NCBI GenBank assembly: GCA_050250255.1
Contig: JBFWOZ010000019.1
Location: 1 to 53,677 of the forward strand
Reading direction: 5' to 3'
Length of the DNA: 53,677 nt
Source of the DNA: Bdellovibrionales bacterium
GTDB lineage: Bacteria; Bdellovibrionota; Bdellovibrionia; Bdellovibrionales; DASUEL01
Shown: positions 9,751-18,193 of the stretch, piece by piece
Layout: every line of letters begins with the position of its first letter
How positions within the stretch are numbered: position 1 is the first letter of the stretch
Made by a program: the position numbers and the translations under genes
Notes under the pieces: model-generated
Seen by the model: the letters and a program-made list of their open reading frames with translations, nothing else
Told to the model about the DNA's origin: nothing
The model's database searches: none

Positions 9751-11046
9751 TTAAGCTCCTTCTTCCATTTGAGTTCTCATTTTTCCGTAGTGAACGAGGG
9801 CTTCGGCCAGGAGGCTTCTTGTTCGCATACAAAAATGAGGGTCTTTTTTAAATTTATCACCTTGTTGAATCTTGTTAATGGCCATGCAACCTCCACCACA
9901 GAGATATTTTGCCCAGCAAGAATCACAATTATTTTTTTCAATAAGGCTCGCAGAATAGACAGAGAGATTTTCGGCATTCATTTGGGTGCCTTCTCCGACT
10001 TGTTCGTTGGTGTCGTTGATCAGCCAAGCACATGTGTAGGCTTTGGCCGTGGCGTCTGCATGAATCAAACTTTTCCCTGCACCACAGTGATTGAGGACTC
10101 GTTCACGTTCATCCAGCGTTTGAAATGTGCGCCTGAGAAAAGAAAACCGGGTGAGTTCTTCCTCAGAATGTGCGGCCTGTTCAAATACGGAAACCACTTG
10201 CTGTATATACGCTTCGCTATGGGCCGCAGAATCTTTTCCCTGTACGGAATAGTTGATATTGATCGAGTCGAATTGAAAAGGTTGGTAATATTTGTACGCC
10301 TTTTGAATCTCGAAGTTGTGATCTCCAAAGACTCCATTCACAGAGAGCGAACCCAATTGAGAGCGAACGCTTTCTAAAAGTCGAAGACCTGCGAGAACTT
10401 TTTCCGAGCTTGGTTTACCGTTCACCTGTGGGCGAAATGTATCATTTTCTTGAGGATCTCCATCAAAGCTCACGGTCACGTGACATTTTAATTTTGCAAG
10501 CATTTGGGCTATGGACTCATTCATCAGAGTGCCATTTGTAGTGATCAAAAATTGGAGATCGATTTTTTTGCCTGAGAGAAAAAGTTGTGCATAATTAGCA
10601 ACGGATTGAATGGCTTCGGGATGAAGAAGCGGTTCGCCCCCAATAAAATGGATTCGGAACGAATCCTCTTCGTCTAATCGCGAAAGAAACATTTTGAGTT
10701 GAGGAAGTACTTTTTCGAGCTCAACCTTTCCCTTTTTTTGACCATAAGTTCCGTCACCACCAGCAGCACAGTAGGTGCATTTGAGGTTACAGACTTGGGA
10801 AATATTGATGGCGTAGCTTGTGACCTTTTGGGAGTTTTCGGCGCTGGTCACTTCAGAATCTTGAGCTGAAGACCAACCATCGAGTTCTTGAAGTGGTTCG
10901 GAAGAAGCGTCAGAAGCCATTTGGGATAAGCTTTCCCAGGCCTCTGAGCTCAAAGCCGCGACCTCAAGATTTTGGGTATGGTAACCCCAAATCTCGTGCC
11001 CTTTTTTAATGGCAAGAATGTTTTTGTAGCGCTTTAGCTCAGTCAA
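9751..11046 (-). CDS. Radical SAM/SPASM peptide maturase (SCIFF/QhpD-like ranthipeptide-type)
   Basis: CNLKCTYC, FIGGEPLL, TTNGTL and VSFDG motifs. SPASM Cys pattern HCGAG...YTC...CDSCWAKYLCGGGC...HFC. N-terminal RRE-like region. TTG start with GGAG RBS. Confidence 0.92.
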   Translation of the reverse strand: MTELKRYKNILAIKKGHEIWGYHTQNLEVAALSSEAWESLSQMASDASSEPLQELDGWSSAQDSEVTSAENSQKVTSYAINISQVCNLKCTYCAAGGDGTYGQKKGKVELEKVLPQLKMFLSRLDEEDSFRIHFIGGEPLLHPEAIQSVANYAQLFLSGKKIDLQFLITTNGTLMNESIAQMLAKLKCHVTVSFDGDPQENDTFRPQVNGKPSSEKVLAGLRLLESVRSQLGSLSVNGVFGDHNFEIQKAYKYYQPFQFDSININYSVQGKDSAAHSEAYIQQVVSVFEQAAHSEEELTRFSFLRRTFQTLDERERVLNHCGAGKSLIHADATAKAYTCAWLINDTNEQVGEGTQMNAENLSVYSASLIEKNNCDSCWAKYLCGGGCMAINKIQQGDKFKKDPHFCMRTRSLLAEALVHYGKMRTQMEEGA

Positions 11047-11080
11047 TTTGGCTCCGGTATTCTAAGTCATGGAAACAAAA

Positions 11081-11097
11081 AGCAATTCTTAAGCCAA
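11081..11097 (-). promoter_or_regulatory. Sigma54 (-24/-12) promoter for the rSAM-peptide operon
   Basis: Minus strand TTGGCTTAAGAATTGCT fits GG-N10-GC, 35 bp upstream of the rSAM start. Confidence 0.6.
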
Positions 11098-11181
11098 TTC
11101 GGGAGTAGTTATATTTTTTCTGAGAGTAGAAATGGTGCCAACAAGGTAGCAATTACAATTCAAAAGAACACCACTCGATGA

Positions 11182-13623
11182 TCAGTCGTCGGCTCGGTCG
11201 ATCGCATCGTCGGCATCATCAGTGGGTTTTGTCAGTCGCTTACGTTGTCGGTTGAGTTCTGGGAGCTCGGGAAGTTTTTCTTCGTCATCTAACTTCGGTG
11301 TGATGATGTGAGGATTTTTAAGGGGAGTTTCATCATCTTCTTTCAGTACCAGAGTCATGGGTTCTGGTGGACGTTTCTCTACTTCGGGGACTCCGAGTTC
11401 GGTGAGTTCACTTACATCTAATTCTAAAACTTTTGTTCCTTCAGGCCATTTGAAGTCAACCGGTGGAAATCGCATTGCATACTTCTTCATGTACTCAGTC
11501 CAAATCGGAAGAGCTCCAGAAGCCCCCGTCAACTTGCTTGTCGTGTTGTCATCGTAACCGACCCACGCGACGGCCGTGTGAAGCGGAGTGAATCCTGCAA
11601 ACCAAGAGTCGCGATGTTCGCTCGTCGTTCCGGTTTTTCCTGCTGCAGGATGAGTGAAGCCCCAGAGGCTTGCGGCACGACCGGTGCCGTTAAGAATCAC
11701 GTTTTTCATCATGCCGACCACAACGGCCGTAGGAATCGGGTTGAGTCGTTGGTCATGTTTGATCTCGTGTTGAAAGAGAGTTTCTCCTGTAATAGCATCC
11801 ACTCTTTCTACGAAAGTAAGAGTGGTGAACTCTCCAAAACGCGAGAGCGTTTGGTACATCTGCAAAACTTCCCAAGGGTAGAGTTCGAAGGCGCCAAGAG
11901 CTAAAGAGGGAAGCGGCTTCATTTCTGACGACACGCCTGCTTGTTGCGCCAGATCCACAACACGTTCAAGCCCGATATCAACTGCCACACGTGCGGTCAC
12001 GGAGTTCAAAGACTCTTTGAGAGCGAAGAAGATCGGAACATTTCCATAATATTTGTTGGAGTAGTTCGTGGGTTGCCAATTTTGTTTGTCGTACTTAAAA
12101 CGAAAACGAGAATCATCAATGATGCTGAGTGGGGAGTACTGTCTACCATCTTCGCCTTCAAATTCCATCGCCGCGAGGAAAACAAAAGGCTTCATCACTG
12201 AGCCCACTTGGCGGTGACCGCTCGTGAGGCGATTGAACTGACTCATCTTGAAGCTTCGACCGCCAACGGCCGCTCGGATAAATCCTGTGAGTGGATCAGA
12301 CGAAACAAGTAAGCCCTCTAATTGTTTGCCCGCTTCTTTCAGCTTCGCGATGTCTTTGTTATTTTTTTCGAGTCTCTCGACGCCTTCACGAACTGCGACC
12401 TGTGCGGCCTCTTGAGCTTCGAGACTCAGAGTTGTGAACACTCGAAGTCCTTGAGACTTATCAATTCCCATGGCTTCAATTTGTTTTTGAACCGCGTCGA
12501 CAAAGTAAGGAGCGGGTTCTGATAAGACGCCGGTGCGCGATTTAGGAAGTGGTTGGGTCATGGCCGTCTTCATTTGTCCTTCGTCAATCACTCCGGTCTC
12601 GAGCATGCGTTTGAGGACGAGTTCTTTTCTCTGTGCGGCTCGATCGGGATGTTTGAACGGATCGTAATATCCGGGAGAGTTGACGATCGAAGCGAGAAGT
12701 GCGCACTCGGCTAAATTTAAATCTGCCAGTGGTTTAGAAAGGTAGTGTTCGCTAGCTGCTCCGTAACCCCAAATTTGAAAAGGTCCGGCTTGTCCCATGT
12801 AAATTTCATTGATGTAGCTTTCGAGAATTTCATCTTTAGAGGCGCGAGTTTCAAGAAGGACCGCCATAAAAAGTTCTTTGAACTTTCGTCGAAAGGTTCT
12901 TTCATTGGAGAGGAAATAATTTTTTACAAGCTGTTGCGTGATTGTGCTTCCGCCTTGAGCGACACGACCTCCAAGAACGTTTTTGTAAAAGGCACGTAGG
13001 ATTCCTTTGTAGCTCACACCACTGTGTTCAAGAAAGGCCGAGTCTTCAATCGCGATGACTGCGCGAAGACATAAAGGCGGCGCATCGCTGAGATCGATAC
13101 GATGACGAATGATCGGCTGGGGACCAAAAAATTGGGCAAAGAGCTCGGGTTCCAATTGAGTGACAGTGGATGGAACAAGAGGGTCGCCGGCATACACTTC
13201 AAATACGATGTCTTCTGGGCCTAAAGCGATCACCGCTAAAGAAGCATCTGGTTCGGATTGAGATTTTTTAAAACGATTCCGAAAAACAACACACTCGGTA
13301 ATATCGCTGTCGAGGTCAGACACAATCTCACGACAGTTGTCGGGATTCCAGCGAGCGTAGTCTCCGCCATTGAGAGATTGACCAAACTGTCGTTGTCGGT
13401 AGCGAAGGCGCTCTAAGTGGGAAACGATGTGCCTTGCTTTGATTTTTTGACCTTTAAAAAACTGAATGGGTGTCGAATAGAATCCTATTGTTGGAATGAG
13501 CTGCTTTTCCATAATACTTTTTGTGATGGTTTGATCGAGGTTGTAAACCCAAATGCCAAATAGCGTGGCGCAGACAATCACAAAACTTGTGGCAATTAAA
13601 ACGATTCGAAGACGTTGGCTCAT
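11182..13623 (-). CDS. mrcB: Class A penicillin-binding protein (PBP1B-like transglycosylase/transpeptidase)
   Basis: N-terminal TM and UB2H-like region. TG motifs EDSAFLEH, GGSTITQQLVKN and RKFKE. TP motifs SVMK, SLN and KTG. Confidence 0.9.
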   Translation of the reverse strand: MSQRLRIVLIATSFVIVCATLFGIWVYNLDQTITKSIMEKQLIPTIGFYSTPIQFFKGQKIKARHIVSHLERLRYRQRQFGQSLNGGDYARWNPDNCREIVSDLDSDITECVVFRNRFKKSQSEPDASLAVIALGPEDIVFEVYAGDPLVPSTVTQLEPELFAQFFGPQPIIRHRIDLSDAPPLCLRAVIAIEDSAFLEHSGVSYKGILRAFYKNVLGGRVAQGGSTITQQLVKNYFLSNERTFRRKFKELFMAVLLETRASKDEILESYINEIYMGQAGPFQIWGYGAASEHYLSKPLADLNLAECALLASIVNSPGYYDPFKHPDRAAQRKELVLKRMLETGVIDEGQMKTAMTQPLPKSRTGVLSEPAPYFVDAVQKQIEAMGIDKSQGLRVFTTLSLEAQEAAQVAVREGVERLEKNNKDIAKLKEAGKQLEGLLVSSDPLTGFIRAAVGGRSFKMSQFNRLTSGHRQVGSVMKPFVFLAAMEFEGEDGRQYSPLSIIDDSRFRFKYDKQNWQPTNYSNKYYGNVPIFFALKESLNSVTARVAVDIGLERVVDLAQQAGVSSEMKPLPSLALGAFELYPWEVLQMYQTLSRFGEFTTLTFVERVDAITGETLFQHEIKHDQRLNPIPTAVVVGMMKNVILNGTGRAASLWGFTHPAAGKTGTTSEHRDSWFAGFTPLHTAVAWVGYDDNTTSKLTGASGALPIWTEYMKKYAMRFPPVDFKWPEGTKVLELDVSELTELGVPEVEKRPPEPMTLVLKEDDETPLKNPHIITPKLDDEEKLPELPELNRQRKRLTKPTDDADDAIDRADD

Positions 13624-13664
13624 GTTTCTTGACTTTAAGTCGACTCCTGCATTTAGTCAAAGTT

Positions 13665-13943
13665 ATGAAGCTATCAAAGTCTCAAATCGAACGCATGGTT
13701 AGGAAAGTCTTCGAAGAACTCAAGACAGCGAACATTATGACTGTGAAGGCGCCAGAGGATAAAGTCTTCCGTCGGGCCGTTGAGTTGATTGAAAAAGAGT
13801 ACGAGACCGAGGTGATGTTAGACCGTGAGGTCAATAAAATGCTCGACGATCTTGAACGCCAAAATCCCAATCAATTTCAGCGCGGCAAAATGTTTCAAAT
13901 GCTGAAAAAACGCCTCGCTCAGGAGAAAGGGATTATTCTGTGA
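13665..13943 (+). CDS. DUF507-like small protein
   Basis: ATG at 13665 (MKLSKSQIERMVRKV...MFQMLKKRLAQEKGIIL), typical of the DUF507 family. Confidence 0.75.
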   Translation: MKLSKSQIERMVRKVFEELKTANIMTVKAPEDKVFRRAVELIEKEYETEVMLDREVNKMLDDLERQNPNQFQRGKMFQMLKKRLAQEKGIIL

Positions 13944-14206
13944 ATCTCTCAGACGAAAGACAGAATCGTTTTGCTCATGTCATCGTTGACGGCATTTGGA
14001 ATGACGACCTTGTGGATTACACCGACGATGATGAAGCCCTCAGAGCGGCGAAACGTGCGATTGTGCAATTTGTGAAGGCCGAAGTCGTGATCGATGAACG
14101 CATTCGAGATAAGGTTCGTTCCTTAAAACGCATGGTCGTAGAAGGTAGTCCCGAGTGGGATCTCCTCTTTAAAAAGTATTATGAAGAAGAAATGAACAAG
14201 AAATAA
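13940..14206 (+). CDS. DUF507-like small protein (second of a tandem pair)
   Basis: MNLSDER...VEGSPEWDLLFKKYYEEE, with a GTGA overlap with the upstream gene. Confidence 0.75.
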   Translation: MNLSDERQNRFAHVIVDGIWNDDLVDYTDDDEALRAAKRAIVQFVKAEVVIDERIRDKVRSLKRMVVEGSPEWDLLFKKYYEEEMNKK

Positions 14207-14217
14207 GGGGAACGTGT

Positions 14218-14667
14218 ATGGCTACGAAAAAGAAATCTGCTAAAAAAGCTCCTGTTAAAAAGAAGGCTGCATCGAGCAAAAAGAGCTCCAAAAAACCTCT
14301 TAAGGCAACCCCTGCTAAAAGTGCTAAAAAAATAAGCAAACCAAAGGTCGCGGCGCGACCAAGTGTGTCTCGTATTTCGACTCGTCTTGTTCCCGTTATG
14401 GATGGCGTGCTTCTCAAACGTGAGGCTCAACTTGAAAAGACCGCGGGCGGTCTCTTTATTCCATCAACCGCTCAGGATAGGCCCCTTCAGGGCCGAGTGA
14501 TTGCGATTGGCAGCGGTCGTCGCAACAAAAAGGGAGCAGTTCGTCCTCTCGACGTCAAAGTCGGCGATCAGGTTCTTTTCTCAAAATATACAGGTACCGA
14601 AGTGAAAATCGATGGTCAGGAATTCTTACTTCTGAAAGAACCTGAAATTCTTGGTGTGGTAGATTAA
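14218..14667 (+). CDS. groES: Co-chaperonin GroES with Lys/Ala-rich N-terminal extension
   Basis: EKTAGGLFIP, GRVIAIGSG, LDVKVGDQVLFSKYTGTEVK and EILGVV motifs. The first ~50 aa are K/A/S-rich. Confidence 0.9.
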   Translation: MATKKKSAKKAPVKKKAASSKKSSKKPLKATPAKSAKKISKPKVAARPSVSRISTRLVPVMDGVLLKREAQLEKTAGGLFIPSTAQDRPLQGRVIAIGSGRRNKKGAVRPLDVKVGDQVLFSKYTGTEVKIDGQEFLLLKEPEILGVVD

Positions 14668-14788
14668 GCCGCACTCCATAAAGGTCGCAGCCGAGGCGCG
14701 ACCGAGGGGAACGCGGAGGCCTACTTCCTGTAGGCCGCACAAGTGACCCGACCGAGCAACGAAGGATCCGACCTTTATGGAGTGCGGC
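14668..14788. repeat. 121-bp MITE/REP-like element with perfect 20-bp terminal inverted repeats
   Basis: gccgcactccataaaggtcg (14668-14687) and cgacctttatggagtgcggc (14769-14788). GC-rich interior with central hairpin ggcctac-ttcct-gtaggcc. Confidence 0.8.
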
Positions 14789-14855
14789 ATGCTTCTAAAT
14801 TGTCAATGAACCGGACCTAGGTTTTAATTGGGGCGCATTAAACAAGGTAGGTCAC

Positions 14856-16292
14856 ATGAAATTTAGCGCGAAGATTGTTTACGCCCTTTTGTTCACTTCT
14901 CTTTCTTTCACAGCGTGTGCAGCCCAAGCTGCGGATATCGACTGGAAAGGTCGTTATCGAGTGGAAGGGATCAGCGTCAAAAACACCAACATGCAAAGTG
15001 GTGGCACATCCAAAGCCTACATGACTCATCATTTGATTCTCGATCCTAAAATTGTGGCCGCCGATGGTGTGAACATTTACGGAAGCTTCGGGATTTTAAA
15101 TAACAACAAAGCTTATCACTCCAACTCCCAACTAGGTTCTTTCATGGGAAGTGGACCGAACTCCACCAGCTCCACCGCGGGAACAACGGGTGCTGGTGAC
15201 TCTAACTCTCTCGCACAAGCTCAAACAGCAGATACACTCAAAGTTTATCGTCTCTACATGAACTGGGTTCAGGAGCACGGTATGCTCGTCACCGGTCGCG
15301 CACCTATCGATTTTGGTCTCGGGATCACACACAATTCTGGAAGCGGCGTTTTTGATCACTGGTTCGATACTCGCGATATCGTTGGTTACAAGTTCACCGT
15401 GGGTAATATGTTTTTTATGCCGATGGTGGGTAAGGTCAACGAAGGCAATCTGCAAGATGAAGACGACATGAATGATTACATGTTGCACTTTCAGTATGAC
15501 AACCCGGATAGCCGTTTGGGTCTTGGTGTGTTTTACGAATCGCGTGTAGGTACAAGACTTGGTGCGAACGATGCTCCTACCTCCATGGGCGGTACGGGTT
15601 CTACGCTGACAGGGAGCTGGGAAACAAAGCAGGTCAGTCTTTCCGTCACGAAGCGTACGGATGATATTTTCTTCGGAATGGAAGCCGCATTTCTCAATGG
15701 AAATACCGGCCTTCAATCGGCGCGTAGCGAATCGGTTTCCATCGAAGCTTTCGGTATCGCGACCGAATTCCAATACAAACCTAAGAATTGGAGAACCACT
15801 CTCGAGTTAAAAGCCGGTGTGGCAACGGGCGATGATCCAAGCTCAACGGATAAATACGAAGGTTTCCTCTTTGATCGCAACTACGATGTGGCTTTCCTCA
15901 TGTTCAACCATGTTTTGGGCCAATACGATATTTTCCGTAGTTATGCGGGTGGAAAATCACCAAATGGAACGCAAGACGCAGACACAGAAACTTTAAGTAA
16001 CGTGTTCTACATCGTGCCGGGAATGAATTACGCTTTCAGTGATACCTGGAGCGCAGGTACGAAACTCGCCTGGGCCAATCTCAATCAAAAGCCTCTCAGT
16101 AACGTTGGAGAAATTGATAAAAATGTGGGCGTAGAATGGGACGTTAACGTCGCCTATAAACCGCATGACCGTCTGACTTTTGGTCTTGATCTAGGAATGT
16201 TTGTTCCTGGAGAGAGCTACAAAGGTGGAACAAATCGTTACACAACAGATACCGTTTTTGGAGCAGCAACGAAAGCCGCCGTCAGCTTTTGA
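14856..16292 (+). CDS. Outer-membrane beta-barrel protein (porin-like)
   Basis: Signal peptide (..AAQA-A), alternating amphipathic strands and C-terminal Phe (AAVSF). Confidence 0.8.
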   Translation: MKFSAKIVYALLFTSLSFTACAAQAADIDWKGRYRVEGISVKNTNMQSGGTSKAYMTHHLILDPKIVAADGVNIYGSFGILNNNKAYHSNSQLGSFMGSGPNSTSSTAGTTGAGDSNSLAQAQTADTLKVYRLYMNWVQEHGMLVTGRAPIDFGLGITHNSGSGVFDHWFDTRDIVGYKFTVGNMFFMPMVGKVNEGNLQDEDDMNDYMLHFQYDNPDSRLGLGVFYESRVGTRLGANDAPTSMGGTGSTLTGSWETKQVSLSVTKRTDDIFFGMEAAFLNGNTGLQSARSESVSIEAFGIATEFQYKPKNWRTTLELKAGVATGDDPSSTDKYEGFLFDRNYDVAFLMFNHVLGQYDIFRSYAGGKSPNGTQDADTETLSNVFYIVPGMNYAFSDTWSAGTKLAWANLNQKPLSNVGEIDKNVGVEWDVNVAYKPHDRLTFGLDLGMFVPGESYKGGTNRYTTDTVFGAATKAAVSF

Positions 16293-16360
16293 TTTCAACT
16301 TGAAAGCAACTTGATCAACATCTTGAATACAACTGCGATTTCATAAGTGGCGGAGGTTAA

Positions 16361-16388
16361 GTCCCCGGGAGGTAACACTCTCGGGGAT
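16361..16388 (+). terminator. Stem-loop between convergent genes
   Basis: gtccccgggag-gtaaca-ctctcggggat. The mismatches are G-U pairs on the + strand. Weak U tract. Confidence 0.5.
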
Positions 16389-16397
16389 TCCTATAAA

Positions 16398-16446
16398 TTC
16401 TGTATTCGGTATTCCGTATTCCGTATTCAGAATACGGAATACCGAA
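16398..16446. repeat. Heptamer tandem repeats (GTATTCn) in inverted arrangement
   Basis: ttctgtattcggtattccgtattccgtattca followed by gaatacggaataccgaa, the reverse complement of the same units. Confidence 0.75.
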
Positions 16447-16465
16447 CTGAGTTCAGACCCGAATC

Positions 16466-17959
16466 CTAAATCGACTGCCCCGCCGACGATCCCGCACTCG
16501 GAACTCCACGACCACCGCGAGTAGAAGCGGCTCCAAAAGTCGTATTTGGTACATTCGTCAGTGGGCTTGAGCGGTTGTTATTAAGAAGACTTGAGTTACT
16601 GAGTCCACGATCTCCAAGAATCTGAGCTGCTTGTTGTTCGTAAGTTGTCTTGAATAATGCGTTTACTTCTGGAAGCAGGCGAGTATACAAGCCATCCGTA
16701 CGGTGCATATTCTGAATCTGCAAACAGCGTGTGAGGTAAAGACCAGAACACTGAGAGCTATTATTTAAAGTTGTGCCTGTGCCACCGATATCAAGATCTA
16801 ATCCATTAAAAATCGAGGATTGAGCGATGAGGCTTGCTGATCCAATGTCATCTGGACTTTGTAACCAACGAAGCTGAGTGATCTTGTTGAAGGCGTACTT
16901 TGCCACTTCAGGATTTTGGCGGAAACCATTTGTGATTTCATTCAAGATACGGATATTGCTATCAATCACTCGTGTGCTTTGAGAAAATTGGTTTGAGAGC
17001 TCAGAGTTGTTGAACACATTTGTACCAATCATTTTGCTAAAGTCTTGTGCGAATTTGTTAGTAGCTGCTCCGTAGGCTGTGTACATTTCACCCAATTGTC
17101 TCTGAGCTTGGATCATTAGATTTGCAGCACGAGGGTCGTTGTTTCGGTAAGCCATAATTGCATCTTCAAAAGTTCTTTGAATTTTTTGATGATCTTGAGA
17201 AAACTTAACAGCTTTTTGATTCGCAACCTTTGGTAACATCATATTGCCGATTTCACGCTTGCCCTCTGTCGTAAGTAATTTATTAAGTTTTGTTATAAGA
17301 TCGACTGCTTTTTTCGACTTCTTAGGATCGTCCATCATTTGCGAGAGGACTTCCTTGAGACGATCTTCGAGATCTCTCTTTTCTTCAGGTTTCAAATTTT
17401 TCTTAGCTAATTGCTTTTCGAGACAGCTTGCATCTTTATCTAAATTGTCCGTTTCACATCTCTCTGCTTGAGCTCTCTTTTCTTCTTCTAGTTTTTTCTG
17501 TTCTTCGATTGCTTCGTCCGCAACGGAGATCAGTTGCGTCACCTTGTCTTTGGTCGCTCTATCAAGTTCGGCCAAAGTGTTAATTGGTTTAGGTAAGGAG
17601 ATGCGAGAACAGTCTTTACAACCTTCGATAGGAAGACCAGCTTCTGTTTTTAAAGTAAGATATTTTTTTGTGACTTCTTGGTTAGTCCAAGGATCAATGT
17701 CCTTTTCTTCTTCAAGGGTAGCGATATAGTTTCCGTTCTTTCCCTTAAGAGGGCCGCTTGTTGTGCTTGTGGCAGCTCTTGGCTTTGCCGGAATATCAGA
17801 GCCGGCTAAGTCTTTAGCGCTGATTCGATCTTCTGTGACAACCGGTTGTCCTTCTGGAGCCGACTGAGCAAGAGAGATGCTTCCTGAGTCACCCACGTTT
17901 ACAAAGTGAACAACCACACCAAGCATCGAAAGTGTGAACAGCTTATATAAGGACTTCAT
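16466..17959 (-). CDS. Secreted/membrane-anchored hypothetical protein with coiled-coil
   Basis: Long ORF. ATG at 17959 with GGAGG RBS. Hydrophobic N-terminus, Cys pairs and low-complexity C-terminus. Confidence 0.8.
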   Translation of the reverse strand: MKSLYKLFTLSMLGVVVHFVNVGDSGSISLAQSAPEGQPVVTEDRISAKDLAGSDIPAKPRAATSTTSGPLKGKNGNYIATLEEEKDIDPWTNQEVTKKYLTLKTEAGLPIEGCKDCSRISLPKPINTLAELDRATKDKVTQLISVADEAIEEQKKLEEEKRAQAERCETDNLDKDASCLEKQLAKKNLKPEEKRDLEDRLKEVLSQMMDDPKKSKKAVDLITKLNKLLTTEGKREIGNMMLPKVANQKAVKFSQDHQKIQRTFEDAIMAYRNNDPRAANLMIQAQRQLGEMYTAYGAATNKFAQDFSKMIGTNVFNNSELSNQFSQSTRVIDSNIRILNEITNGFRQNPEVAKYAFNKITQLRWLQSPDDIGSASLIAQSSIFNGLDLDIGGTGTTLNNSSQCSGLYLTRCLQIQNMHRTDGLYTRLLPEVNALFKTTYEQQAAQILGDRGLSNSSLLNNNRSSPLTNVPNTTFGAASTRGGRGVPSAGSSAGQSI

Positions 17960-17997
17960 AGAGCCTCCAAAAAAAGGTTTCATCCACTCTTCTGTAA

Positions 17998-18014
17998 GGC
18001 AAATGCGTGTCCAA
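17998..18014 (-). promoter_or_regulatory. Possible sigma54 promoter
   Basis: Minus strand TTGGACACGCATTTGCC fits GG-N10-GC, about 40 bp upstream of the start. Confidence 0.5.
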
Positions 18015-18193
18015 GCGAGAAAGCGAAGTTAAGTCTTTGTTTTTATTAGAGAGTCGAAAGATTTTTGTGAGGAGAGCTTTTGTCTGAAGAACCCCAAAAG
18101 TTCTTCAGCACTTTTTAACGAGTTTTATTTTCTTTGAAAAATCAGGAGCTTATGTGTGTCGAACTTTCTGACGGCCTTTGTGACACAATTCGC

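Noticed and set aside
9709..10377. 222-aa plus-strand ORF
   Set aside because: Antisense shadow of the rSAM gene and the peptide ORF, with no recognisable motifs.
13587..13664. Upstream extension of the first DUF507-like ORF
   Set aside because: Overlaps the divergent mrcB start. Family-like sequence begins at ATG 13665.
15132..15773. 213-aa minus-strand ORF
   Set aside because: Antisense shadow within the beta-barrel gene.
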